Virus record (IMG/VR): IMGVR_UViG_3300025030_000060
Location: 1 to 64,000 of that record
Direction: 5' to 3' (one strand)
DNA: 64,000 nucleotides
Origin: a virus
The notes under the pieces were generated by a model. It was not told the origin of the DNA. It worked only from the letters and a program-made list of their open reading frames with translations, and searched no databases. Below are positions 39,178-49,200 of this stretch, in pieces (positions within the stretch are counted from its first letter, which is position 1; each line of letters begins with the position of its first letter). The position numbers were made by a program, and so were the translations under genes.

Positions 39178-39194
39178 CTCTTCATCCCTCCAAA

Positions 39195-39282
39195 GTTTAA
39201 CCAGCAGGTCGAGGCGACCGAGCCGGTGGTAGTGAGCAGGAGTTGGCGAGAGTTCCCGCGCCTCACCTGCGGTCCGTTAAAC
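39195..39282 (+). repeat. attC-like site 3 (88 bp)
   Basis: GTTTAAC-CAGCA-GGT(C)GAGGCG(A)C...GCGCCTCACC-TGCGGTCC-GTTAAAC, with two extrahelical bases at the canonical positions. Confidence 0.9.
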
Positions 39283-39438
39283 CGGCTCCTGGAACCTTGC
39301 TTTTTTTGCAGTCTCTTTGACTACTTCAACGTCCCAAGAGGCACCATCTTCCCCAATTTTACGGATTGCATCCTCTTTCGATTCAGCCTCTATGCAGGCG
39401 GTCTCTTTTATCGTCCTGGTGACTTGATACCAGTTCAT
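39277..39438 (-). CDS. Cassette 4, distal gene (53 aa)
   Basis: MNWYQVTRTIKETACIEAESKEDA; stop in core site. Confidence 0.7.
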   Translation of the reverse strand: MNWYQVTRTIKETACIEAESKEDAIRKIGEDGASWDVEVVKETAKKARFQEPV

Positions 39439-39791
39439 AGCCGCACCGCCTCTGCCTTGCGAGCGTTTTGCATGGTGCTCGCGAAGCAACTGGCTGTCGC
39501 AGCCGTGTTTTCGTAGTGGGTTTGCATGGAGCGCAATGCCCTAGCCAGGGTGCCGTCTTCCGATGTCGAGTGCCACGGCGTTTTCTTGCCGTAGCCGGAG
39601 ATTTTCACTTCGTACTTGGCTTTGCCGTCCTTCTCCCTCCTCTCCACCTGGAGGGTCGAAAGCCTGTTGAATCCACTGCTCTGTATCCCGGTGGCGCGTA
39701 GGTACCCTTCGGGGTTGGACGACTTGTGCACCGTCCAATCGTAGCCGGGCATGATCTTGACCAGTTCTTTTCTGAAATCTGCTGGACTCAT
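39435..39791 (-). CDS. Cassette 4, proximal gene (conserved phage hypothetical)
   Basis: FRKELVKIMPGY.WTVH...ATGIQSSGFNRLSTL; ends AEAVRL. Confidence 0.8.
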   Translation of the reverse strand: MSPADFRKELVKIMPGYDWTVHKSSNPEGYLRATGIQSSGFNRLSTLQVERREKDGKAKYEVKISGYGKKTPWHSTSEDGTLARALRSMQTHYENTAATASCFASTMQNARKAEAVRL

Positions 39792-39806
39792 TGTTTACCT
39801 CCCAGG

Positions 39807-39854
39807 GTTTAACCAATCGCCGCAGCCATCCGGCTGGGCTCAAAAGCGTTAGGC
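39807..39854 (+). repeat. attC-like site 4 (48 bp)
   Basis: GTTTAAC-CAATC-GCC(G)CAGCC-ATCC-GGCTGGGC-TCAAAAGC-GTTAGGC. Confidence 0.85.
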
Positions 39855-40031
39855 CTTTATGTCCTTCACTGTCCCGATAATCTTAATTTTTGAGTGCTCG
39901 CCCCAGCGTGACGTAGCAGTTCCGGTTTCCAACATTTGAGTTCTGATACGAAACGCCTCCCATCGTCTACCAAGACTGAATACGATAAGCAGCACGCCAA
40001 TTACCGCTAAAACAAGTATTGTTGTAATCAA
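39849..40031 (-). CDS. Cassette 5 gene, membrane-anchored (low GC)
   Basis: N-terminal TM; stop in core site. Confidence 0.65.
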   Translation of the reverse strand: MITTILVLAVIGVLLIVFSLGRRWEAFRIRTQMLETGTATSRWGEHSKIKIIGTVKDIKA

Positions 40032-40059
40032 CTTTCCCTCCTCCTAGCCCACTGAAGGG

Positions 40060-40126
40060 CAATAACCAGTGCTCGGACGCCGACCGGCAAACAACGTCGG
40101 ACGGGTCAAGCACATGGCCGTTAACC
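40060..40126 (+). repeat. attC-like site 5 (67 bp, degenerate)
   Basis: CAATAAC-CA-GTGCT..GAC.CCG...CGGGTCAAGCAC-ATGGCC-GTTAACC. Confidence 0.7.
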
Positions 40127-40366
40127 CGATTTTGCCGCCCTCTTCAGCGTCTTCGCCACCTTCGAGGTGATCGCTTCGCGCATGAATTCGGTTTCACCCT
40201 CTCCGGTGATCTCTCGCGCCTTGCTAATTCCCTCATACTCGCCGCAGGTAAAGCGTATCCCTTTGCTGACCTTCAGCGGGTTCTCTTTCCTGTAGTCCTT
40301 CTTTCGGCCCGCTCCCGGTTTTGCACCTCCAAGAGGTTTCCCGTTGGCATTAAATCCTTTTGGCAT
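40121..40366 (-). CDS. Ribbon-helix-helix-like DNA-binding protein
   Basis: GGAKPGAGRK followed by KGIRFT..E...EFMREAI; stop in the GTTA core. Confidence 0.7.
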   Translation of the reverse strand: MPKGFNANGKPLGGAKPGAGRKKDYRKENPLKVSKGIRFTCGEYEGISKAREITGEGETEFMREAITSKVAKTLKRAAKSG

Positions 40367-40555
40367 CGCTGTCTCTCCTATGTATTGGGCTCATGGCCTT
40401 CGAAGATATCTGTCAACATTAAGCATTCCCAGCTCCGCATGTCGCGCAAGAAAAACCCGCGCTGCCGTGAGCCTGCGCCCACTCGCCGACATGAATAACC
40501 CTTTTGCACTGATTGCACGTCTTAGGGTCGGTGATCTTAACCACCACGACACGGC

Positions 40556-41710
40556 TCATTTTAACTCCTTCAGTTCCACAAGTACGCCATATGCTTCGTC
40601 ATGGTGCAACGTCCCGTAGGCGCTTTCGCTTACCTTTTCGATAAACCCGCACATGAGGGCGAAGGCTTTTTCAATCCGCTCCGCGTTCTGGAGTGCAGCC
40701 ATGAACAGTACCGCCAGGGCCTCGCTCTCGGCGTCCCCTTGCGGGCCAAAAGGGGCTACGAGCGCATGCGGGGTGAAGACTGCGACATGGGGTCCGGGAT
40801 AGGTCGAGCCAGAGAGCTTGCCGTGAATCTCCCCCTCCCATATGCCTACCCCCAGCAAACCACCCCCGAACTTTTCAGCCAGCATCTTCATGGCGTGGAC
40901 TGTCTGGATGACGTTCATGTCCTTAAGCGCGACGCAGTTCTCCGGGGGTGTATCCTCTTCAGCCATCAGTTTCACTGGGGGGGCAATGCGATCCCCCCTT
41001 CGGTTAAATGTGGCTCCAGGTTCCGCATCAAAATCGTGCTCTTCTTCGGCGCGACAACGGGCACACGTCGGGTTTTTGTCCCCGTTCGGGTCCTCATCCA
41101 TCACACTCAACTCATCTCCGCAACCAAGGCAAGGTGCAAGAGCCTCATAGACCTCCCGCGAGATATAGGAGTCTTCATCGACCAGGACCAACTTCTTCGT
41201 GTGGTGCCCGCCATGTTTAGGGTCTATCACGATGTTGTCGGCAGATGGCGCGTATTCAGGCGCGTGAAGTCCGTCGCAGCGATCCCCAGTAATGCAGCAG
41301 TCGGGGCCGCACTCGCTATGGTTCCCCGGTACAGGGGTCCCGGAGATATCAAGGGAGTGATGCACCCCAGCATGGCCGTAGCAGTCGCGCACGTAATCCG
41401 CGCCCTCCTTGGCGGTGATGTTCCCGTTACATCGCGAACAAAGCCCGTAGCCGGTATCCTGATTGAACCATTGCTTGAAGGCCGGGGCATCTTCCCCGCA
41501 GCAGGCGCAGTGCAGATGGAAGACGCGGCACTTGAGCGAAGACTCAAGGTACTTTGCCAGTTTCGCGCCCTGCTCGGTCCACTCCATGCCGAAGCCTACG
41601 ATACGGACCCACCCTATGGTGCAAGCGGCCACGAGAATTGCGGTATCCGTGGGGTTGTTGGGGAGGGTTCCAGTAGCCACCAGTTTTCTGACATCCACGA
41701 TGGTAATCAT
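40556..41710 (-). CDS. Mosaic Cys-rich hypothetical protein
   Basis: CACCG...QWFNQDTGYGLC motif; coupled ORF. Confidence 0.75.
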   Translation of the reverse strand: MITIVDVRKLVATGTLPNNPTDTAILVAACTIGWVRIVGFGMEWTEQGAKLAKYLESSLKCRVFHLHCACCGEDAPAFKQWFNQDTGYGLCSRCNGNITAKEGADYVRDCYGHAGVHHSLDISGTPVPGNHSECGPDCCITGDRCDGLHAPEYAPSADNIVIDPKHGGHHTKKLVLVDEDSYISREVYEALAPCLGCGDELSVMDEDPNGDKNPTCARCRAEEEHDFDAEPGATFNRRGDRIAPPVKLMAEEDTPPENCVALKDMNVIQTVHAMKMLAEKFGGGLLGVGIWEGEIHGKLSGSTYPGPHVAVFTPHALVAPFGPQGDAESEALAVLFMAALQNAERIEKAFALMCGFIEKVSESAYGTLHHDEAYGVLVELKELK

Positions 41711-42633
41711 GCCCTGTTCTCCTGCATCCTTTTGATGACTTCGGCAGCCCTGCCGTTCTGTTCCACGAGGTAGTCGTAGCATCCCATGTCAAAACTGCCG
41801 CCGTCGTCATCTTGGAACTCTCCATCTCCGACGTACTGGCAGATTAACCCGTCGCGGTCATCGTCATCGAAGCCGCAGTACCACTTGCCCACGGTCGGCT
41901 CCTTCAACTCAGGCTTATTGGTAGCGGGGTTGAGTATCGGGAACATGTGCGCCCCTTCCAGAACGGCCTTGTGAATGGCGGTGCCGATCTCCAAAGCGGT
42001 CTTGCTGGCCAGTTTGCGGCCTTCGCCAAGTGGCGAATAGCGGCACATGCCGATCTGCTCCGGCATTTCTCCGATGATCTCGATATCCCACCCGTCAGAG
42101 TTGCCGCGATTCCTCCTGTGTTGCAGTTCGAAGCCTCGGCGCTGCATGATGGCGTCCACGGCTGCCTCTATAGCCGCTTTCGCATCGGACTCGCTACCGT
42201 TGCCCAAAGCAAGGGTGACATTCTTCCATTCGTGCCGGTTCGGCTCGCTGTTCAGCCAACGGGTGTGAAACATATCGGCCACGGCTTCCATCGTCAGCGG
42301 CGATAAAACCCCTTTGGCATAGGCGCGGGCCTCTTCTACGTCCTGCTGCATCCCGGCGCTCATCCGGTGTCCGCCCTGCATCCTCATCAGTATCTCTCCG
42401 AGGTTGTAGTGGCAGTGTTCCGCAAGATACAGGTATACCAGTTGCTGACGAGCCTCGGCCCGAATCTCTTCCGGGGTGATGACGGCCATCTCCGCTTCCA
42501 GCAGACCCGCTTCGGAGCGGTTGCCCAAAATCACCATCGCTTGGCTCAGAATCAGGGCTCGGCTGTTGTCGAACCTAGCCGAAATCTCATTTGATACTGT
42601 GACTCGGATTCTTGAGTTCTCATATACTGGCAT
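41707..42633 (-). CDS. Hypothetical protein
   Basis: GGAGGT RBS; first gene after the operator-promoter. Confidence 0.75.
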   Translation of the reverse strand: MPVYENSRIRVTVSNEISARFDNSRALILSQAMVILGNRSEAGLLEAEMAVITPEEIRAEARQQLVYLYLAEHCHYNLGEILMRMQGGHRMSAGMQQDVEEARAYAKGVLSPLTMEAVADMFHTRWLNSEPNRHEWKNVTLALGNGSESDAKAAIEAAVDAIMQRRGFELQHRRNRGNSDGWDIEIIGEMPEQIGMCRYSPLGEGRKLASKTALEIGTAIHKAVLEGAHMFPILNPATNKPELKEPTVGKWYCGFDDDDRDGLICQYVGDGEFQDDDGGSFDMGCYDYLVEQNGRAAEVIKRMQENRA

Positions 42634-42700
42634 GTCTGTTACCTCCCTGGCGCTGGCCGCCACCCGCGTTGCGCCATCCAGGCGCTATGTCATGGCCCTA

Positions 42701-42740
42701 AATATACACTCTTTGGATTATGTGTCAAACAAATAATGCA
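42701..42740 (-). promoter_or_regulatory. Sigma70 promoter with operator (copy 2)
   Basis: TGCATTATTTGTTTGACACATAA; TTGACA-16-TATATT. Confidence 0.8.
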
Positions 42741-42743
42741 CGC

Positions 42744-42775
42744 AAAAAAGGGGGCACGCTTTCACGCTCCCCCTT
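42744..42775 (-). terminator. Terminator after the ulx-like gene
   Basis: AAGGGGG...CCCCCTT hairpin plus T-run on the minus strand. Confidence 0.65.
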
Positions 42776-42797
42776 CACTCCAGCTATTACCGCTCTT

Positions 42798-43202
42798 TTA
42801 TGGCTTCTTGACTGCCGCCCTCTGCTCCATGTCCTCGTCGTTGGAGAAGAACTTGATCGGGTCTTCGTCCGTATCAAGGACGTGCTGCGCCTCGTGCATG
42901 ATCCCCCGCCCTACCTGCGCGTCCTGATAGGCGAAGGCCGCCAGCAGGTCAAGGGTCTCGTCGCCATAGGTCATGGTCTCGGTCCACTCGTCTTCAATGG
43001 TCTGTCCAAAGGCAGCCTCATCACGTTTCAGGAATGCCGCCTTCACCAGCCACCACCACGGGCCAAAACTACGATAGCGCAGCGGGTCCTTGAGAAGAAC
43101 ACGCTTGACCACTGCGAGGAATCCTTCAGCCCACATGTCTCGGGCTTGGCCCGATTCGGCCAGCATGGCGTTCAATTCTTCGGCTTTCGGTTTATAGATC
43201 AT
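42798..43202 (-). CDS. ulx: Ulx-like protein (DarB incorporation factor)
   Basis: RVLLKDPLRYRSFGPWWWLVK resembles P1 Ulx as recalled; immediately downstream of darB as in P1. Confidence 0.7.
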   Translation of the reverse strand: MIYKPKAEELNAMLAESGQARDMWAEGFLAVVKRVLLKDPLRYRSFGPWWWLVKAAFLKRDEAAFGQTIEDEWTETMTYGDETLDLLAAFAYQDAQVGRGIMHEAQHVLDTDEDPIKFFSNDEDMEQRAAVKKP

Positions 43203-43223
43203 ATCTGCATCCCCCTTGTCGCA

Positions 43224-43260
43224 AATTTATCATTTTTTGTTTATCTGTCAAACAGATTAT
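43224..43260 (-). promoter_or_regulatory. Sigma70 promoter with operator (copy 3)
   Basis: ATAATCTGTTTGACAGATAA; TTGACA-16-TAAATT. Confidence 0.75.
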
Positions 43261-46200
43261 TACGCCATCAGTTTGTAGACCTCGGCAAGGTCGGTGGAAA
43301 TCGGAACATACCACCACGCCCCGTTGAAGTCGCCGCCCGTCTCGGAGAAGAACTGCGCGGTCCATCGGGTTTTCATCATTGGGCTCACTCTTCTCAGTAC
43401 CCCGTTGAATCCGTTCTTGTCCTGGAAGAACCAGCTCGTGAAGGGGGCATGGCTCTTTGCCGGACGCCCCTTATAGCCGGGGATGACCACGTTGGTGTTG
43501 TTGGTCTTGACGGTGATCCCCAAGGCGAGGAAAGCGGCTTTCACCTGTTCAGGGACTTCTTTGAAGTTGGGGTCGTTCCTGATGGCCTCCAGTGCTGCAC
43601 GTTCAGCCTCAGCCTTGGCCTGCGCCTCCTTGGCCCGTATATCCTCCTTGAGCCGGTTCAGGTACTGGTCGGCGATACGGGTAATCTCGCTCGTGTTATC
43701 GCCAAGGGCCTGTGCTGCCGTCTTAATCTCCCCGGCTGCCAAGTCCACGCTTCGCCCAACGACTACCCCGCCAAGGCTTACCTGCTTTTCCATAGCAGCC
43801 TTCCATGCCGTGGCGCATGCCGTCAATATCTCTACTTCAGTCGCCTTCCTGCCGTACTCGCTGGCTATAGCGTCGTAGCCGCTCCCGAATACCAGCCGCA
43901 TGACACTGTTGGCATCGTAAGCGCGGCCCGCCCGCTTCAGGCTTAGGTATGCCTCGCATACTTCTTTTTTCCACGTCTCGTTGTCCACATCGGGGTAATT
44001 CACAGTCAAGCCCGTCTGGGGCTTGCCGAACATCACCCCCTGCGCCCCTCTCAGCACGAAACCGTCGTAGCTGTAAAAACGGATTTTGTCGTAATGCTCG
44101 GTGAAGGTTTCCCTGTCGAGGTCGCCCCGGAGCAGGTCGGCATAGCGCCACTCCTGGCTGAGAAGTTTCTGGAGAGCCATTTCCTTTTCGGAGTAGGAGA
44201 CCTTGACCGGAGAGCGGTCGGCAATGAAGTCCTGCACGTCGTACCACTCATTGTCCGACTGTTTGGGTATAGAATTCCAGTTGAGCTGGCCCATCAAGGC
44301 GTCGGCCTTGAACCCCCTCGAAGCGGAGTTCACTTCGATGACCTTGATGACAATCGTACCGGAGTAGCTGTCCTTAAACTCATACATGTCGCCCACGGTG
44401 AGCACCACACCCTTGGGAGTCACCACACAGTTGCCGGGGTTGTCGATCAGCTTCTCATCAAAGGGAAGTTCCCCTTTCTGTGCCCTTACCCTCAGTTCAA
44501 GGGTGATCTTGTTGATGCGGGCCTGCACTTCGGCCTTTTTGTTGTTGTAGCGCGTGTCGAGGCTGTCCAGCTTCCATTGGGTCCTCTCCAGCGCGTCCTG
44601 TTTCTTCTGAATGGACTTGGAGATGTTTTTGCGCTCTTCGCTCCCCTCTTCCGTCCTCAAGCCCCGGTAGCGCAGATTCTCGATCTGCCTGTTCATGTCG
44701 GAGATGTCTTCGGCAAGATTGGTGCGCTCGGCCTCTTTTTCCTGCTCCAGTCTCGGCAGCACGGAAGCATTGGACGCCAGCACCTGGAGCTGGTTCACGA
44801 GTCGGGCCTTGGCCTGCGCCTTGGCCTTTTCCGCCTTCTTGGCTTCGGCTTCCATGTACTTCCGCTTGGCCTCTTCCGGGTTATCCTCGAACATGAACCG
44901 GATTTCGTCGGCGCTTGCAGCATTGGCGTTGGCTGCGGTCGCTGAGTCGGAGCGGAAGATGTCACCGATCCATCCCGCCTTCTTGCTTATCAGGTGCAGG
45001 CGGTAGGCGTCGAAGGAACCCTTGCCTTGATAGTAGTAAATCTTGATATTGTCGGCCTCGTTGCCTTGCCGGACTCCGCGCCCGTTGCGCTGCTGGATGC
45101 TGGAAGGGGTCCACGGGAAGGTCAGGTGATGGATTGCGCGGGTCCCCTTCTGTAGGTTGACGCCCACTTCGGCCTTCTGGTTGCAGATGACCATCGAGTA
45201 TTCCCCGGAGTTGTAGCGGTCGCTGATCCGCTGAAGCTCGGAACCCTTCGCCTCGTCGGCGTTGATGATGCCGATCTTGCCCCGGAGCATCGGCAGGTAG
45301 TGGGTAAGGATGCGCGCCACCTTTTGATGTTGGGCCTTTTCATCGCTGAAAATGATCTGCTTGCCGCCCAGTTCGTGGATCTTCTGCACCCTGTCCACCA
45401 TCAGTGCGTACTTCGGAGTCAGCGGGTGCCCCACGGTGCCCACGTCGAGTTTCACGTCCCGGAGCTTCTTGGCGTCCATCAGGAACGGCTCGAAGGCGTC
45501 GGCAAGGCGCACGATGAAGGCATCCCCCTTCATGCTGGTCTCCAGCGAATCCAAGAGGCGGTAAGTACGGTTTACCGGTTTCTGCGGTTCGCCCATTTCG
45601 GCCCGTTCAAGGTCATACTCCGGGTCGCCAACGCGGGGAGTAACCCGGACGGTGACTTCAGGCGGTATGATCTTCAAAAGCTGCGTTACCTTCCCCTGGT
45701 CCCCCTTTGCAAAGTGAAATGTCATTCTCCCGTGGAAGATGTCCGGGTCCATGGAAACCTGCTCCATGTCGCGGATGATGGAAAAGACGGGGCGGGGCTT
45801 GCCGCTGAATGTCGAACTGTCATCCTTGGTCGCGGCCTTGGCCTCTTCCCTCAGTTCGTCGTAGATATCCTGCTGCTCGTCGGTAAGGATGGCTTCCTCA
45901 TGGAATTCCTCACTGGGAGGAAGGTCGAGATTCACGTCCTTTGCCGTGCGAAGCAGGCAGTATTTGTGGAAGATGTTGCGGAGCCCGTCGAGGTTCTGGA
46001 AGCCAACAAGCCCTTCCGTCGCCTTGGTCTCGTTGGCGATGGTCATCTTGTCCACGATGTCCTTCTGTCCGAAAACCCGGATGAAGTCGTCGGGGGTGAA
46101 GACGCCGAACCGCTCGAATTCCTCCAGCGGCATGACGTAGGCCAGCATGTTGAAGATTTCCACCGGGGAGTTGGTGACGGGCGTCGCCGTGAGCCCGTAA

Positions 46201-49200
46201 GAGCCCCGGTCGTTGTTGTTTGCCCGGATGTGCCCCATTTTCATCTGCATGTCGAGCCCGCGCTGTGACGCCGGGGCGGTAGAGACGTAGGCAAGGCGGC
46301 TGGCCTCTTCGCCCGCCTCGAAGCTGTTCTTGTAGGAGTGGAATTCGTCTGTGATTACGTCGGTGAAACCCATGTCCTCAAAGTACGGCAGTTCCCCTTT
46401 TTTGGCCCCGGTGTCGGCAAATTTCCCCTCGGCGCGCTCTACCTGCTTGACCTCGTTGTAGTTCAGGGACTTCTCGTCGCCTACCTCGTCGTCCTTCCCC
46501 TCGGAGTTGGCTTTGATGGCCTGCTTAGAGAGCAGGCCGCGCTGGCTCCATTTGTCGATGAACCCCTGCTTCGTGTCAGGCCGGAGCGGGATGCTCTTGA
46601 ACTTCTCGTAGGTCATCACCACGAGTTTCACGTTGCTCTGCGGAATCTGCCACATGTCATCGTATACTTCCGTGGCGTCAAACTCCCCGGATGCAATCTT
46701 GTCCTGCCACATGGCCTCTTTGGTGTACTTGTTGATTTTCTGGTTCCCCTCCTCGTCAAGAACCGGCTCCTGAAGAATTGCCCCTTCCTTGGCGCGGTCA
46801 AAGCGCATCCCCACGAACAGGGCGTCGTCCATGCCCTCGTAGTAGTTCCGTGCCTCGTGGTACCAGTTGGAAAAGACCGCCTTGGGGACCACGATACAGG
46901 TCTTCTTGCTGCGCCCCATCTGGAGGTTGTACTTCACCAAAGCGAGCGTTTGCAAGGTTTTACCAAGCCCTACGTCGTCGGCGAGGATGCCGCGCCCTTC
47001 CTCGGAAAAACGCCGGATGGCCGCGTTCTGGTAGCCGTGCAGCACGATTTTCTTACTGACCCCCTGAAGCCCCAAGTCGGTCATCTCGTACTCCGGGGGA
47101 AGGAAAGCGTTGAACTTCATGTTGTACTGTTCCGCCAGTTCGTCAATGTTGGGCTGCTGCTGCATCCACATATTGAAGGTTTCGCGGAAGTTTTTGATGT
47201 TGTCGTAATACTGTTTTTTTAGGTCGCCGTCGTCGTCGCCCTTACCACCCCGGATGGCATTGCCGTTCATGTAGTTCTCGAACTGGAGGTCGAAGCCTGC
47301 GGGTTTCTTGCCCCCCAGAATGCGGAAGGAGCCGAAGGGATTCTCCGGGTCCTCCGTCCACTCCTTCGCGGTACGCATCTTGCCGGAGTAGGGATCTTCT
47401 TTTTGAACTTCCTGGTCGGAACCATAGGTGACGTTGGGGTAGCCGTTCTCCTTCAGGAAGTCCAGCACGTACTGCTTCGAGTACCACTTGTGGTTGAAGT
47501 CGAACATGATATCGGCAGGGTTCGTTCGCTTGCGCTTCCCGTCGATGATCCCGATCATCTGCATGTACTTCTGCTTGATCCGCTCGTCGGTCTCGTCGGC
47601 CATGGCGGCGTAGAGGGCCTGAAGTTTGGGGTAGATGTCGCCGGAGCAGTAGCGGGACATCGGGTAGATGATGCCGTCCGGGGAGATGGCTACGTTATCA
47701 AAGGCGGCGAGGTCGCCCAGTGTCGCCACCGGCATGCCCCCGGTGTAAAGCTTCTGCACGTCGTCAAGTTCGATGGTCTGAATGCCTTCCCGGATGAACA
47801 GGTGTTCCACGAGTGCCTGCACGTTGGTGGAATCGTATTGAAGATGCCGCCCCGATTCTTCCAGCGTCCCGTTCAGGAGGTCGGAGAAGTTCCCCTTTGC
47901 GTCGAGCGCATTGGAGAAAAGCCCGAACATCTTGGAAGACTCCCCGGTGAGCATGATGCCCCGGTTGTTCTTCGGGTGCCCGAAGCGGTCAATCTCGTTT
48001 GCCACAAGGTCCTGGAGTGCAAGCCGTTCGCTGTCATCCGCGTTGCCGTCGTTGAACCGATCCTGGTAGCGGGCAATCATGCCACCGATGATGGAGCCCC
48101 TGTAGAGCTGTTCCGCTAGTTCTTCCTTGGGCTGGCTCATGGCGAACTCAATAGCCGCACTGGCAAGGGCCGGTAGAAGGTCGGGATAGGTCTTGAAAAT
48201 GGCGAAAAGCTGGTAGACGGTGAAGGAAAGGCACCCCTTGGGAGAGCCAAGGCGGGCCTTCAGCTCTTCGATGCTGGATGCGCCGTACTTGGCTGGGTCA
48301 ATCGCTTCTTTGGCATCCACGGAGGCGACACGGACCCATGCGCCATGCTGCATCTCACACTCGATGCCGTTTATCATCTTGCGGTCGCCGTCCACGTAAT
48401 TGCGCGTAACAGGTTCCGCCACGGAGAGCGCGGCCCAGTCGATCCGGGAGACGAACTTTGAGGCCAGCTTCGCCTTCAGGCCCGCGTCGTCAACGTCGCC
48501 GTCCACGGCTTCCCGGCTGAACCTGTCGCCTGCAATCTTCGGGACCCACTTGCCCATGATGAAGGGCCGCCCCTCGCCCAGCCAGTAGCGCCCCGCTATG
48601 AACTCGTCAAAGATGACGTTGGTGCTTATCAGGGTCTCGAAGGTGAGGTCGTTCACGACGTCCAGAAGGCTTTGCGGGTGCTTGCGAAAGACAACCACGT
48701 CAACGACGGTATCGGTGCCCTGCGCTGCGAAGGTTTTGGAGGGGAGCTTGTGAGCGCCAAGGAACTCGGCCTTGCGGGAAACGGAGTTGCGCCACTTGGC
48801 CCAGTCGGTCGAGCCCTTGGCCCCCACGATGTCGGTCGGCACGATCAGGACGGCGAGCCCCCCAGGCTTGATCTTGTCCAGAATCCGGGAGATGAAGTAC
48901 CGCTGAATCTTCCCCTCGTTCTTGTAGGGCGGGTCGTCGAACTTGTAGGCCCCACGGGCGTCGCCGAAGGGCACGTTGGTGCAGCAGCCGTCGAAGGAGT
49001 TGTCCGGGGTGTCGGAGCAGAACTTCTCGAAGCTCTTGTTGGTGATGGAGTCGCCCGCGTTGAGAAGCTGCGCCACCTTCGAGGCGGTCGGGTCGAGGTC
49101 GCAGCCGGTGATGACGATGCCCCCCGGTTTTGTCGCCGAAAACATGCCGTGGCCGGTGCTGGGGTCCAGGATGTTGCCATTGGCTAGGCCGTTGGCAACA

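Larger units (their letters stand above)
37447..40126 (+). mobile_element. Integrase-less integron-type gene cassette array (attI-like site plus 5 attC-like sites)
   Basis: Five ..TAAC...GTTA.. hairpins with extrahelical bases; cassette termini mutually complementary in 4 of 5 cassettes; ORF stop codons inside the core sites. Confidence 0.85.

Noticed and set aside
37991-40126. CRISPR array interpretation of the spaced repeats
   Set aside because: The repeats differ in sequence and length, the intervening units are 200-600 bp ORFs, and no cas genes are present
40530-40566. TCTTAAC as R'' of a sixth attC
   Set aside because: No pairing arm or downstream GTTRRRY; lies in coding sequence
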